A DNA stretch of 64,000 bases from contig JAHDYR010000038.1 of NCBI GenBank assembly GCA_019828565.1, forward strand, positions 760,735-824,734. The letters run 5' to 3'. Below the pieces are notes generated by a model. It saw only the letters and a program-made list of their open reading frames with translations. It did not search any database and was not told where the DNA came from. Below, piece after piece: positions 52,689 through 62,586 of the stretch (positions are counted from its first letter, which is position 1; each line of letters begins with the position of its first letter). This DNA is from Carpediemonas membranifera BICM. Taxonomy: Eukaryota; Protista; Fornicata. The position numbers and the translations under genes are program-made.

Positions 52689-54758
52689 CTACGCCCACGA
52701 CGTCTCATCGTCCCATGTGAAGTGTCCCCCAGGCGGCGGGAACCTCATGGGGAAGTCGAACTGGAACTCGACGTCGATCCCCGGCCCCTCACCAGGTTTC
52801 GTCGGGTCGTACAGCAGACACGTCGGGGTGACCGCGGACATGGCCGGCATGGTCTGCTGCAGGGTGATCGACCCCTCAGCGACCTGCCCGTTGAGGTAGA
52901 AGGTGAGCTGCCGCTGCCCGGGGTCGAGGGAGAGGCCGACCGTGTCGCCCTGCTTGAACGTCAGGCCAGTCTCCACGCGTGTCCCATCACCCAGCAGGAT
53001 GCCGTCCTGCTGCCACATGAGCCGCTTCCCCTCGTCGGCCGGGTCGCTGACACCGATGGCGAGGGTCCCGAACTGGTGCAGTTTTCGGACCAACGCACCG
53101 AAGTACACGGGCTCCAGGTGACGCTGGGTCCGTCCCCGACTGGCGGTGACCGTAACATACCGTCTCCGGGCCGCATCGCCCGTCCTCACGTGCCGGGCGA
53201 CGACCTCGACGCCGGTCACGGCGACCATGTGGGTGCCGCCCGTCGGTGCCACAGCGGGTGCCCGCCGCTTCTTGAGTACGGCGAGGAGCAGGTCCTTGTG
53301 GGGCTGACCGGGGGCGTTGATGGCGGCCGTGATCTTCTCGTTTGGCCATGACTGGAATGTTTCCTCGAGGACGCACCGGCGGTAATGGACCTCTCTCTCG
53401 AGGATGGGCTTGGCGATGAGGGTCGAGTCGTCGTTCGCCATCTCACTCAGGATGGTGTCGTTGAGTGACGTCACGAACTGCCGCACGGTGGCGGGGCTGA
53501 TCAGCTGGCAGGACCCGAACACGCCGCTCTGCCGGTGGAGTCGGTAGTTCTCGGCCAGGAACTTGATCGTGCCCTCCCTGAACCTCTCCGCCTGCAGCGC
53601 CTCCGCCGTGAGCAGCAGCGTGGGCAGGATCGTCGGCTCGAACACCGTCTGCAGCACCTGTCGACTCGACTCTAAACTGCGTCGGGCCGCGGCGATGGGG
53701 ACGTCGGTCACACGCGTCACCAGGCCGGACAGCTCGGCGGACTCATCCTCGAAGAACGTTTTCGTCTCCTTGAGCACCTGGTCGTACCGTCTGTTGACCG
53801 TCGCCGACTCCAGCTGCCTGATGGCCGCGTACTTCTGCCGGATCCGCTCCATCTCGAGCGCCATGGCCGCGCGGACCCGGGAGTCGAGGTTCTCGAGCTC
53901 CTGCGTCTTCTTCCGTTGCAGGTAGGCGAGACGGCGGGTCCTCCTCTTGCTGAGCTCCTTCTGGAGCTGCTCGGCGTACTGCTTCCGCTTCTGCTCTTCC
54001 TTTTGCAGGTCGTCCTTCAGCCCCTGCGTGTCTGCGATGATGTTAGGGTGTCTGCAGAACAGCAGGAACCGCTCTACGCTCTCGCGTGTGAAGTGCGGCA
54101 TGTCAGGGTGCTGGCACCGGGAGAACAGCGCCTCGTCCAGCACGATCGTCTGCTGCCCCTTCTCATGGGTGTCCCAGGCAGCTGCGTGCATCTCCAGGAA
54201 CTTGGACTCGGCGATGGCCGGCCGAGACCGGGTCACGAGGGTGGTACGGCCGCCCTCCCCATTCAGCTCCACGCTCAGCTTCTCACTGCCGAACTGCTTG
54301 ATCTCTGCCTTCAGGGCGTTCTTATCATGGACCTCCGGGACCACCTCTGGCGGTGCTGGGCCGTCGTCCGCTGCGAGGAGGCGGTACAGCAGGGGCGGCT
54401 CGCGGGGGAGGATGTCTGGCTCGCCGGGGTCCTCAACCTCTATGCCGTCGGCGTCTAGGAAGGCGCACTCGGGGCGTTGGCCCCTGAGCGTCTGCAGGCG
54501 GCGAAGGACATCGGAAACTTTCCGGTGGCGGCGGAAAAGAACCTTCTCGTCGCCGCTAGCTGCATTTCTACGTTGCATATACAGTCTTGTGAGCTCCTTT
54601 GCTGATGGATATCTGTTCTCTTCCACTTGTATGGCCTCTGCGGTGCGGACGAGGAACCGGTCCTCAAAGAGGGAGCTCTCCATGTCTCGGACGTCCATGA
54701 GCGTCGATTGCTGCTTCATGTGCGCGTTCTCAATTTCTTCGGCCCAGAACAAGTTCAT
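52689..54758 (-). CDS. Coiled-coil protein with C-terminal SPRY-like domain
   Basis: FKQGDTVGLSLD...LTFYLNG is a SPRY signature; central coiled coil. Start uncertain. Confidence 0.65.
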   Translation of the reverse strand: MNLFWAEEIENAHMKQQSTLMDVRDMESSLFEDRFLVRTAEAIQVEENRYPSAKELTRLYMQRRNAASGDEKVLFRRHRKVSDVLRRLQTLRGQRPECAFLDADGIEVEDPGEPDILPREPPLLYRLLAADDGPAPPEVVPEVHDKNALKAEIKQFGSEKLSVELNGEGGRTTLVTRSRPAIAESKFLEMHAAAWDTHEKGQQTIVLDEALFSRCQHPDMPHFTRESVERFLLFCRHPNIIADTQGLKDDLQKEEQKRKQYAEQLQKELSKRRTRRLAYLQRKKTQELENLDSRVRAAMALEMERIRQKYAAIRQLESATVNRRYDQVLKETKTFFEDESAELSGLVTRVTDVPIAAARRSLESSRQVLQTVFEPTILPTLLLTAEALQAERFREGTIKFLAENYRLHRQSGVFGSCQLISPATVRQFVTSLNDTILSEMANDDSTLIAKPILEREVHYRRCVLEETFQSWPNEKITAAINAPGQPHKDLLLAVLKKRRAPAVAPTGGTHMVAVTGVEVVARHVRTGDAARRRYVTVTASRGRTQRHLEPVYFGALVRKLHQFGTLAIGVSDPADEGKRLMWQQDGILLGDGTRVETGLTFKQGDTVGLSLDPGQRQLTFYLNGQVAEGSITLQQTMPAMSAVTPTCLLYDPTKPGEGPGIDVEFQFDFPMRFPPPGGHFTWDDETSWA

Positions 54759-54933
54759 TTGTTTTGATATGCGTGCGTGCAGGACCAAGTTTCGAGGTTG
54801 CTGGGCAAACCTGCGGTGTCGACCAGGAGAGCCTCTCAGCCGGCCTGCGACACTATTCCAGGCCCCATCGCTACACTGCCCGCATAGTGACATTTTATAT
54901 TTCCGCCGGCGACGAATACGACGAGTGAGCAGG

Positions 54934-55674
54934 CTACCTAAGAGCCGCAAGGAAGGGGGCCATAGTGAAGGCCACGCTATTGTCCACAAAGTGGGCCCGG
55001 AACCCGTTGGCCTGGGCGTTTGTGATGTTGGGCATGGAGTCGTCGATCAGGATAACAGACCCGCGGCTGCTGACGTCGAAGTGGGCCATGATCTTGTCTA
55101 GGTGGTAGTTCTTGTTCATGGCGTTGGAACCGTGGAGGAACGGGGCGAAGGCGACGACGTAGAGCTGCTCGACGACGTCGGCAGGGAGGTGGCGGCTGAA
55201 GAGTGTGTTGAGCATTTTCATGCCGCAGATGGACCAATGGCGCATGAGAAGGTCTTTGTTGTAGTCGTCGTCGCCGAATGTGGCGATGGCGACGTTGAAG
55301 CCCTCGTGCACAAGTTGCGGCACGAGTTCAACGAAATCAGGCGAAATTGAATCTAGCCACGCGCTAACACGACCAGGGATGAAGGGAAGCCTGTGAGCAA
55401 CGCGCTCGTACTCCTCCACGGCCTCGGGGTCCAGATCATTGAGACATATGCCTTGTGAGTGCACGCGCGTCGCGGTATAGTCGATATCGAACACAACGGT
55501 GCTAATATTGTTGTCCCGGAGCGCCTGAATCACTGCAGAAGCCATGGTGCGGTGATGACCAGCAGGTGCTTCCTGGAATTGGAACTCGATCGACTGTGAC
55601 GCTATAGGCCGTATGGTGCGTGTCAGGGCAGTAAGAAGACAGCACATGACGAGTACAAGGACTGCTGTTCTCAT
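54934..55674 (-). CDS. HAD-superfamily phosphatase-like protein with signal peptide
   Basis: VVFDIDYT (motif I), IATF, NKNYH, ILIDDS..NI; hydrophobic N-terminus. Confidence 0.7.
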   Translation of the reverse strand: MRTAVLVLVMCCLLTALTRTIRPIASQSIEFQFQEAPAGHHRTMASAVIQALRDNNISTVVFDIDYTATRVHSQGICLNDLDPEAVEEYERVAHRLPFIPGRVSAWLDSISPDFVELVPQLVHEGFNVAIATFGDDDYNKDLLMRHWSICGMKMLNTLFSRHLPADVVEQLYVVAFAPFLHGSNAMNKNYHLDKIMAHFDVSSRGSVILIDDSMPNITNAQANGFRAHFVDNSVAFTMAPFLAALR

Positions 55675-55784
55675 ATAGATGCTCCGCGTCATCATATACC
55701 CTCTGCTGACGCAAGCCAGTGTCATAAAGTCATCGGATTCAAGCGATTTAAGCAAGGCACATCTTCCATGATCTATCGTACAGC

Positions 55785-56930
55785 TCACCCCACACACCGC
55801 TCGACCTCCACCAGCACGGCGTTGAGAGCGGCCACCACTGCGGCGTCCGTCTCCCGGGTTTTGCGGCGGGCCTCCATCGCTCGGACCTGGCCCCGCTTCT
55901 CGTTGGCCACCTTCTTGGCCTCCCTGATGGCCGCTTTGATCTGATCCGCCTCTGCTTTGGTCTCAGCCCGCACCTGCTCCATCTCAGCCTCGATCTTCGC
56001 CTTCAGCTCCTCGGTCGTGTCCTTGGCTGAGGTCGTCCGCTTCAGCAGCTCGTTCTGGTTGGCCTTCTGCTCCCTCGCCCTGTCCTTGAACTTCTTGTCC
56101 TCCTCGAGCATTGCCCTCTTGAGCTCGTCCCTGCTCGTGTCCAGTTTCAGCTGCCGGGCTGCCCGCTCGTCACCTTCCTCGGTCAGCCTCTTCTGGTGCT
56201 GCTTGAGGTCCTTGAGCAGGGTCCGCTGCGACTCTATGTCAAGTCGGGTCTGCTTCACCTCGGACTGTAGCTCGGCCTCACGCTCCTTGACCTTGGTCAG
56301 CTTCGACTCGAGCTCAGTCTTCTGGCCCAGCATCTCATTGTAATCCTTCCGGTCGACTGGCCCGAGCTCCTCCTCCTCGGACTCCGCCTCCGCCTCAGCA
56401 GTCATCGCGGCCTCCATGTCAGCCGGTAGCTTCACCTCGAAGTCAAACTTTGCCTCTGTGATGTGTTTCCGGGGCGGCCGCATGACCTTGAAGTCCTGCA
56501 CCTCTAGGCTGGCCAGGTCACCCAGTATAGAGTAGCCCAGGCCCGCCTTGTCGCGGTGGCCCTCCTTCGCCCGCTCAAGCTCTTCTAGCGTCTTCCGGGC
56601 ACGCTCGTTGGCGTCCTTTTGCACCTTTTGCCGCATAAGATCCATGGCTTCGGTACGTTGCCGATCGAGCTCGCGCAGCTTCATCGTGCGCTGCTCTTCG
56701 ACCTCCTCTTGCAACTGGGCAAGCTCATCCAGCCTCCTTAGCTCTCTCTTCCGCGCGGTTTCGTTGATGATCCTCTCCCTGCTCTGAATTTCCCGCTCCG
56801 AGGCCTCCTGCAGCGATTTCACCTTAGCATAGTACATCTCCTGCGCAATAACACGGTCCTCGGCGATACGTTGCTCGAGGCGTGTCCGTAGCTCATGTTC
56901 GGCCTCCGAGGACAAGCCTTGCGGCAGCAT
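55785..56930 (-). CDS. Coiled-coil hypothetical protein
   Basis: 381-aa E/K/R/Q-rich helical ORF. Confidence 0.65.
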   Translation of the reverse strand: MLPQGLSSEAEHELRTRLEQRIAEDRVIAQEMYYAKVKSLQEASEREIQSRERIINETARKRELRRLDELAQLQEEVEEQRTMKLRELDRQRTEAMDLMRQKVQKDANERARKTLEELERAKEGHRDKAGLGYSILGDLASLEVQDFKVMRPPRKHITEAKFDFEVKLPADMEAAMTAEAEAESEEEELGPVDRKDYNEMLGQKTELESKLTKVKEREAELQSEVKQTRLDIESQRTLLKDLKQHQKRLTEEGDERAARQLKLDTSRDELKRAMLEEDKKFKDRAREQKANQNELLKRTTSAKDTTEELKAKIEAEMEQVRAETKAEADQIKAAIREAKKVANEKRGQVRAMEARRKTRETDAAVVAALNAVLVEVERCVG

Positions 56931-57091
56931 ATTCGTTTGAACTCCGATGACGAGTCGGGCAATTCTTGGGGGGGAAGGGCACGAGAGAGCAGCAGCTGGC
57001 TGTGTATAGAGCCATGAGGTCGTACTAGAATCCGTTTAAAATTCTTTGTTCCCGTGTGGCAGAGTTGTATATCTCATAGACCATGACGGAC

Positions 57092-57700
57092 TCAAGGAGG
57101 GGCCATGAGCTGCTTCCTCTTGGGCTTGGCTCGGCCTGTCACCCCCTTGTCCGTACGGCTGACCTTCCGAGCCCGCTCGACTGGGACTGCCGGCCCAGTG
57201 TCATCTGCAGGCATCTGCTTCTCTCCGCTGGCCTCTACCACGGCCTCGGCCTGTTTCACCGGCGCTGCCACCATAGGCTTTGCGCCCTCGATCATCTTGA
57301 CGACCTGGGCCTGGATGGCCGTCGTGCTCTTCGACTCCAGGATCTCTTTGTACTTCTTCCTCTCCACGGCCGTGGCATAGCGGCGGGCTATCGTGCTGCG
57401 TCCGATCTTGTTCATTCCCAGGCTGGATGTGGCCGTCTGGCCCCGGAGCACGACGGAGACGCCGAGGTCGAAGTCTTTGAGGCACACCTGGCAGCAGTTG
57501 TGGACGGTGGCGCACACATGACAGATGTCTGTCGTCTGCCAGGTGCTTCCAGCGCTCTTCACGCGGAACGAATGGAAGGGGCGCGTGCAGAGGCAGCAGT
57601 TGCCGCCCCATTCCGTCTTCACGGCCTTCACATGGCCCTTTCCCATGCATTCCTTGCATAGCTTCGGGAAATCCACCGCATCGATATCCTCGGTGCTCAT
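57092..57700 (-). CDS. RBM22: RBM22/Ecm2/Slt11-like splicing factor (N-terminal zinc finger only)
   Basis: FPKLCKECMG, CCLCTRPFHSFR, TDICHVCA..HNCCQVCL.D..LG. Confidence 0.75.
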   Translation of the reverse strand: MSTEDIDAVDFPKLCKECMGKGHVKAVKTEWGGNCCLCTRPFHSFRVKSAGSTWQTTDICHVCATVHNCCQVCLKDFDLGVSVVLRGQTATSSLGMNKIGRSTIARRYATAVERKKYKEILESKSTTAIQAQVVKMIEGAKPMVAAPVKQAEAVVEASGEKQMPADDTGPAVPVERARKVSRTDKGVTGRAKPKRKQLMAPP

Positions 57701-57867
57701 AGGCCGTGTTCAGCTCGTTATTTGTCGGATTTGACCACGGATGATGAGAAGAACAACCAGACATCCATCCTCATCCCCGCCAAGAGCACGGCCATCCTAC
57801 CCACTGTGCTGTCCCCCTGCTCTTTAGGGCAGCGTGTCATGGATTGATCCTCACTCACGACGACGTC

Positions 57868-59183
57868 ATGACAAACGACGAAATCCCTGAAATGGACCCG
57901 GAAATCGCACAGCTCAGCGATATTGAGCTTAAACAACGCACAATGGCCATTTCGGCGGAAGCGAGAGGCTTGAAATCACAGTTTCAGCAAGTTTGCACCA
58001 AACGACCCTCTAACACAGCTCCACCATGAGAAAAAGAACATGAAGATGCTTATTGACGAGAATGCAAAGAAGATTAAGCTTAACAAGGATCTCCCGTACC
58101 TTGTCGGCAACATTGTGGAGGTGCTTGACCTCGAGGATGCCGAAGACGCCGAGGAGGACGCCACAAACGTCGATGCGCACGGCTTATCGAAGAAGGGAGT
58201 TGTCCTCAAGACGTCCATGCGCCAGCACGTCTTCCTCCCCGTTGTCGGGCTCGTAGACCCCGATGACATTGAGCCGGGCGACATGGTGGGCACGAACAAG
58301 GACTCCCACCTCATCCTGGAGAAGCTGCCGTCCGACTACGATACCACGGTCAAGGCCATGGAGGTGATCGAGAAGCCGACTGACGACTACGCCGACATTG
58401 GCGGACTCAGCACCCAGATCGAGGAGCTCGTCGAGGCAGTCGTGCTCCCGATGACGAAGAAGCATCTCTTCCAGTCCATCGGCATCCAGCCCCCCAAGGG
58501 CGTCCTCCTCTTCGGCCCCCCCGGCACCGGTGTTCGTACCACCCCCCACATTCACACAGAAGACGATGATGGCCCGTGCATGTGCTGCCCAGACCAACGC
58601 GACGTTCCTCAAGCTCGCCGGGCCCCAGCTGGTGCAGAAGTACATCGGTGTCGGCTCCCGCATGATCAGAGACGCGTTCCGTCTCGCCAAGGACAAGGCT
58701 CCTGCTATCATCTTCATCGACGAGCTCGACGCCATTGGTACCAAGCGCTTCGACTCCGAGACCAACGGTGACCGCGAGGTTCAGCGGACGATGCTGGAGC
58801 TGCTGAATCAGATGGACGGGTTCTCATCGGCCGACGACGTCAAGGTGATCGCTGCCACCAACCGGGTCGACATCCTCGACCCTGCGCTTCTCAGATCGGG
58901 GAGATTCGACCGCAAGATCGAGTTCCAGCTCCCCAACGAGGCGGCGAGGCGCCAGATCCTCGCCATCCACTCGCGGAAAATGGCGCTGTCTAACGACGTC
59001 GACTTCGACCAGCTCGCTAGGTCCACGGACGATTTCAACGGCGCGCAGCTTAAGGCAACGTGCGTGGAGGCCGGCATGCTGGCACTGCGTCGGGATGCGG
59101 TGGAGGTGCGGCACCAGGACTTCGTGGACGGCATCCGGGAGGTCACGGCGAAGAAGAAGAGCAACCTGACGTATTATACATAA
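57868..59183 (+). CDS. RPT5: 26S proteasome ATPase RPT5 (introns 57991..58018 and 58532..58559)
   Basis: [30 protein letters not shown] restored by splicing, [28 protein letters not shown]. Confidence 0.95.
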
Positions 59184-59930
59184 GGCATGTAAATGGAGTA
59201 GAGAGGCAGGATTGAGTCGAATGCTGTCGAGGCTAAGGGATGATGTGGATCTCGATGGCTGGGTGACTGGGCCGAGTGGCAGTGGAACACGGGTATGGTG
59301 GTGTAGGGCTGCTGGGGCAGGCCGGGGCTCGACCCTGACTGACGCCATGCAGGTGAGGTAATCAGACTTTCTGTTTAAGTGACAGCAATCATCAGCTCAT
59401 GTCGAAGCTGTCGAACATTGGAGTGAAGCTGCATGGATGTTGCTGAGTTCAGCACCGAATGTCCCCGACGATTGTTGCTTGCGGCTTACCGTCTCTCGCT
59501 TGTCACAGCGGCCGATCCCCGGGGACATCCCCGGCCTCATCGCCACTGCATTCAGGAGGCGATATCATAGCACAATTGTCTCAGCAAAGCTTAGTACCAG
59601 TGAAATTACACGGGGCGTCGTGCCATCACTGGACGTCCTCCGCGCCCTCCTCTCCAGCATCCGCTTTGCCCCCGCTCCACTCAGTCTCCTGGGGTGAGGA
59701 CCTCCCGACCCTTGTCTACACGCTGCCTCCAGGGCGCTGTGGGGGCTATCCTGGTGCAGGCTCCGATCCCGACCTCCAACGGACGGAGAAGGGGGTCGAG
59801 GAGGAGGGACTGGCTCGAGCCTGCTGCCACAACACCAGGCGTACGACGTGTTTACCGACCCAGTATTCCTGCCAGCCGGTATCAGCGGAGAGTACTTCAG
59901 CTGGAGCCGTTGTCTGGACAGAAGGGGCCT

Positions 59931-61301
59931 GACATGCCGCTCGACGACCTGCGCCCGGTCCTGCTGGGGCTCGGCCGCGTGCTGCAGCTCATGCTGCTCG
60001 ACGGCATCACCCTGCCCGCGGACATGGTCAGCGACGCCTGGCTCGTCGCGCTCACGGGCGGCCGCGTCGACCTGGGAGCGCTGATGCCCATCGTCGCCCG
60101 GGCGCTGCAGCGGTCTGTTGCGGAGGCTGCGGCCGCGTGCCCGCTCGAGGGCTTCGAGGGCGACCTCAAGGCGCGCGACGACGAGGTGAGACGCCGCTTC
60201 GCCGAGCGCATGCAGATCGTCCGCAACGGCATGGCCGCGAAGACGCGCTTCAGCGCCAAGGTCCTCGCGCTGACGGCCGCCCAGCTGCGGGCCCTGCTTG
60301 TGCGCCCCAACCCGCTCACGGTCGACGCTGTGCTCGCCCCGCTGCGCTTCCCCGCGGACAGCCAGGGCGTGCAGGACGCCCTCCGCGCCGTGCTCGAGGA
60401 CGACGAGACGCGCCGCCGCTTCGCCTTCCACGTGTTCGGCGGCCAGCTCCCCCAGCCCGGCTCCGTCGACGTGACCCTCCACGACGACCACCGCGTGTAC
60501 TCCGACTGCGCGGGCGGCGCCCGCCTCCCTCGCCTGGAGGACGCCGGCCAGATGCGCCAGGCGGTGCTCGACTCGGCCCCTGCCACAGCAGTCGCGGCCG
60601 CCGACTTCTACGTCATCCCGCGCCGCGTGCCCTACTCGCGGGCCGAGATCAACACCCTGGTCGAGCAGAACGATATCCTCCAGACGTGCCGCCTGGTCAC
60701 GCTCGGCAGAGGCGCCGCCGTGGACGTCCCCGTCTACCGCCGCTGCCCGGCGTGCGGCGAGCTGACAACGCGCGAGGGCGACCTGGACAGCTGCAAGATG
60801 TCGGCGTGCCGGTGCGGCCAGGACTTCTGCCACAAGTGCCTGCTCTGCGTGGCCAGCCAGGAAGAGCACATGGCCCACTACGGCGGCGAGTGCGAGATGG
60901 CGCCGCGCCAGACAGTCGACCTGCCCGAGGGCGTCGCCAGGCTGCGCACGTTCGCGTGCCCCCACTGCCATCGCTCGGCCATGGTCAGCGCGAACCGGAG
61001 GCAGCTTGCGTGCCGCGGGTGCGGGAACACAGTCTGCCTCGGCCACGACGACCCCGTCATCCACGACGGCAGCTGCGAGCACTACGACGAGATGCTGGCG
61101 AACCGACTGGGCTATCGCCGCTGCCCCGGGTGCGGCGTGCGCTACTACAAGGACGGCGGGTGCCAGCACATGAGGTGCAGGTGCGGCCATACGTGGAATG
61201 AGTAAAGGTCTGTTGTAGCAGTGCGATGGATGCTCGGAGCAGCTTGACCCTGCCAGCTCGTTCTCCATATTGCCGTCTCCGTTTACTCTTCCTGCCCTCC
61301 T
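59931..61301 (+). repeat. Copy C of duplicated unit (5'-truncated)
   Basis: Homology to A and B begins abruptly at GACATGCCGCTC (59931) and runs through the stop codon and 3' flank into the DHHC gene. Confidence 0.9.
59934..61205 (+). CDS. HECT-like plus RBR-finger fragment (423 aa from internal ATG); possible pseudogene
   Basis: Open frame MPLDDLRPVLLGLGRVLQL...GGCQHMRCRCGHTWNE*, matching the C-terminal quarter of copy A. Confidence 0.55.
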   Translation: MPLDDLRPVLLGLGRVLQLMLLDGITLPADMVSDAWLVALTGGRVDLGALMPIVARALQRSVAEAAAACPLEGFEGDLKARDDEVRRRFAERMQIVRNGMAAKTRFSAKVLALTAAQLRALLVRPNPLTVDAVLAPLRFPADSQGVQDALRAVLEDDETRRRFAFHVFGGQLPQPGSVDVTLHDDHRVYSDCAGGARLPRLEDAGQMRQAVLDSAPATAVAAADFYVIPRRVPYSRAEINTLVEQNDILQTCRLVTLGRGAAVDVPVYRRCPACGELTTREGDLDSCKMSACRCGQDFCHKCLLCVASQEEHMAHYGGECEMAPRQTVDLPEGVARLRTFACPHCHRSAMVSANRRQLACRGCGNTVCLGHDDPVIHDGSCEHYDEMLANRLGYRRCPGCGVRYYKDGGCQHMRCRCGHTWNE

Positions 61302-62492
61302 TCACCTTCCCCCGTCAAACGGCACGTGCTGGACTGCCACAAGTCGCCTCACGGCCCGCCTGACGTCAAACCGCAGCCGGGTCGACCGCACCACCCTCGC
61401 GAAGTTCTTGGCCGGACCCAGCGTGTACGGCTTGAACAAGAAGGCCCTCTTCGCCTCCTCCGCGGTGATGTCAAAGTACTTCGGTGCCAGCTCCCCGTGC
61501 TCGGGCTCGGCGTACTGCTCCGGCAGCAGGTCCCACAGGGGGGACGACTGCGTGCCTGCCAGCCTAGCGACCTGGCTGACAGCTGCAGACTTATCCCACA
61601 GCAAGTAAGCCCTGTGGCCGCCCTTGAGGTCGAGCTTGATGGCGTTGCGTTTGCCCATCTCGTTTGTGGTAACGTCGGCACATATCAAGTAAACATGTAA
61701 CACGGTAAATAGCGTCATGGTGATGGCGAATGACGAGTGGAACATCAGGAAAATGCCGAACGGGATCATATGAACGGTCAGGTAGATGCCGACGTTGAGC
61801 AGCAGCACCGGGTTAGCCCAGTCGGAGAGCACGGGCGCCATGATGGACGCAAAGATGCGCACCTGGGCTACTGAGAGATAGATGAGGCCGGCCATGTGCA
61901 GTGCGACGAAGAGGAGGAACCAGCCGTGGTTGAAGAGGCCGATGTCGTTGTTGAGCCATACACAGTGGTGGTCGAACCGAAGGACGCAGGTGTTGCAGTA
62001 CTTGCAGTGCTTGGACCGTGCTGGCTTCGTCCGTTTGCATGTAGAGCATTCGCGGTCGTGGTACAGCTGGTTATCGGCAGGGAACTGGGACAGGAGGCGC
62101 TGCTCGTCCTTGCTCAGCCGGTCTGTGTAGCCGGGATCCGAGCAGACGAGGATGAGGAAGAGTGCGAGGGACGCAGCGTACCCCATGGTACACAGGGGCC
62201 GGTTCCAGGCAGCGTACCGGGGCGGGCTGAGGTCATTGACCGTGGGGATCGTCTCTGGCCCAAAGCTACGGATGTGTGGTGGTTGTTCTACGAGGTATAT
62301 GCGGTCACCTTGGAATAGGGGCGCTTTCCAGGGCCGGAAGAAAAGGAAGTATGCCGTTACACAAGATGCGAGCCAAAGGAAGAGATACACGGCCACCATG
62401 ACAAAATTCGGTCGCTTAACCAGGAATATATACAGATTACGGACCAGCTTCTTCACTCCTCGTTCCGGTTTCGCCTCCGTCATTCTTGACAT
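61302..62492 (-). CDS. DHHC palmitoyltransferase (SWF1/ZDHHC4-like)
   Basis: CSTC...KPARSKHCKYCNTCVLRFDHHCVWLNNDIG, DPG, TTNE, PY..G..KN. Confidence 0.92.
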   Translation of the reverse strand: MSRMTEAKPERGVKKLVRNLYIFLVKRPNFVMVAVYLFLWLASCVTAYFLFFRPWKAPLFQGDRIYLVEQPPHIRSFGPETIPTVNDLSPPRYAAWNRPLCTMGYAASLALFLILVCSDPGYTDRLSKDEQRLLSQFPADNQLYHDRECSTCKRTKPARSKHCKYCNTCVLRFDHHCVWLNNDIGLFNHGWFLLFVALHMAGLIYLSVAQVRIFASIMAPVLSDWANPVLLLNVGIYLTVHMIPFGIFLMFHSSFAITMTLFTVLHVYLICADVTTNEMGKRNAIKLDLKGGHRAYLLWDKSAAVSQVARLAGTQSSPLWDLLPEQYAEPEHGELAPKYFDITAEEAKRAFLFKPYTLGPAKNFARVVRSTRLRFDVRRAVRRLVAVQHVPFDGGR

Positions 62493-62586
62493 AAACTGCA
62501 CCTAATCAGATCCCGATCTGGCGGTCGGGGCAATCACAGAATCACTCAGATGTCAACTCAGCCGTACAACTTTATTCACATGGCGC

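Noticed and set aside
59694-59933. GTG-initiated N-terminal extension of copy C ORF
   Set aside because: Not homologous to copy A and uses a non-ATG start in a eukaryote; chance open frame across the breakpoint.
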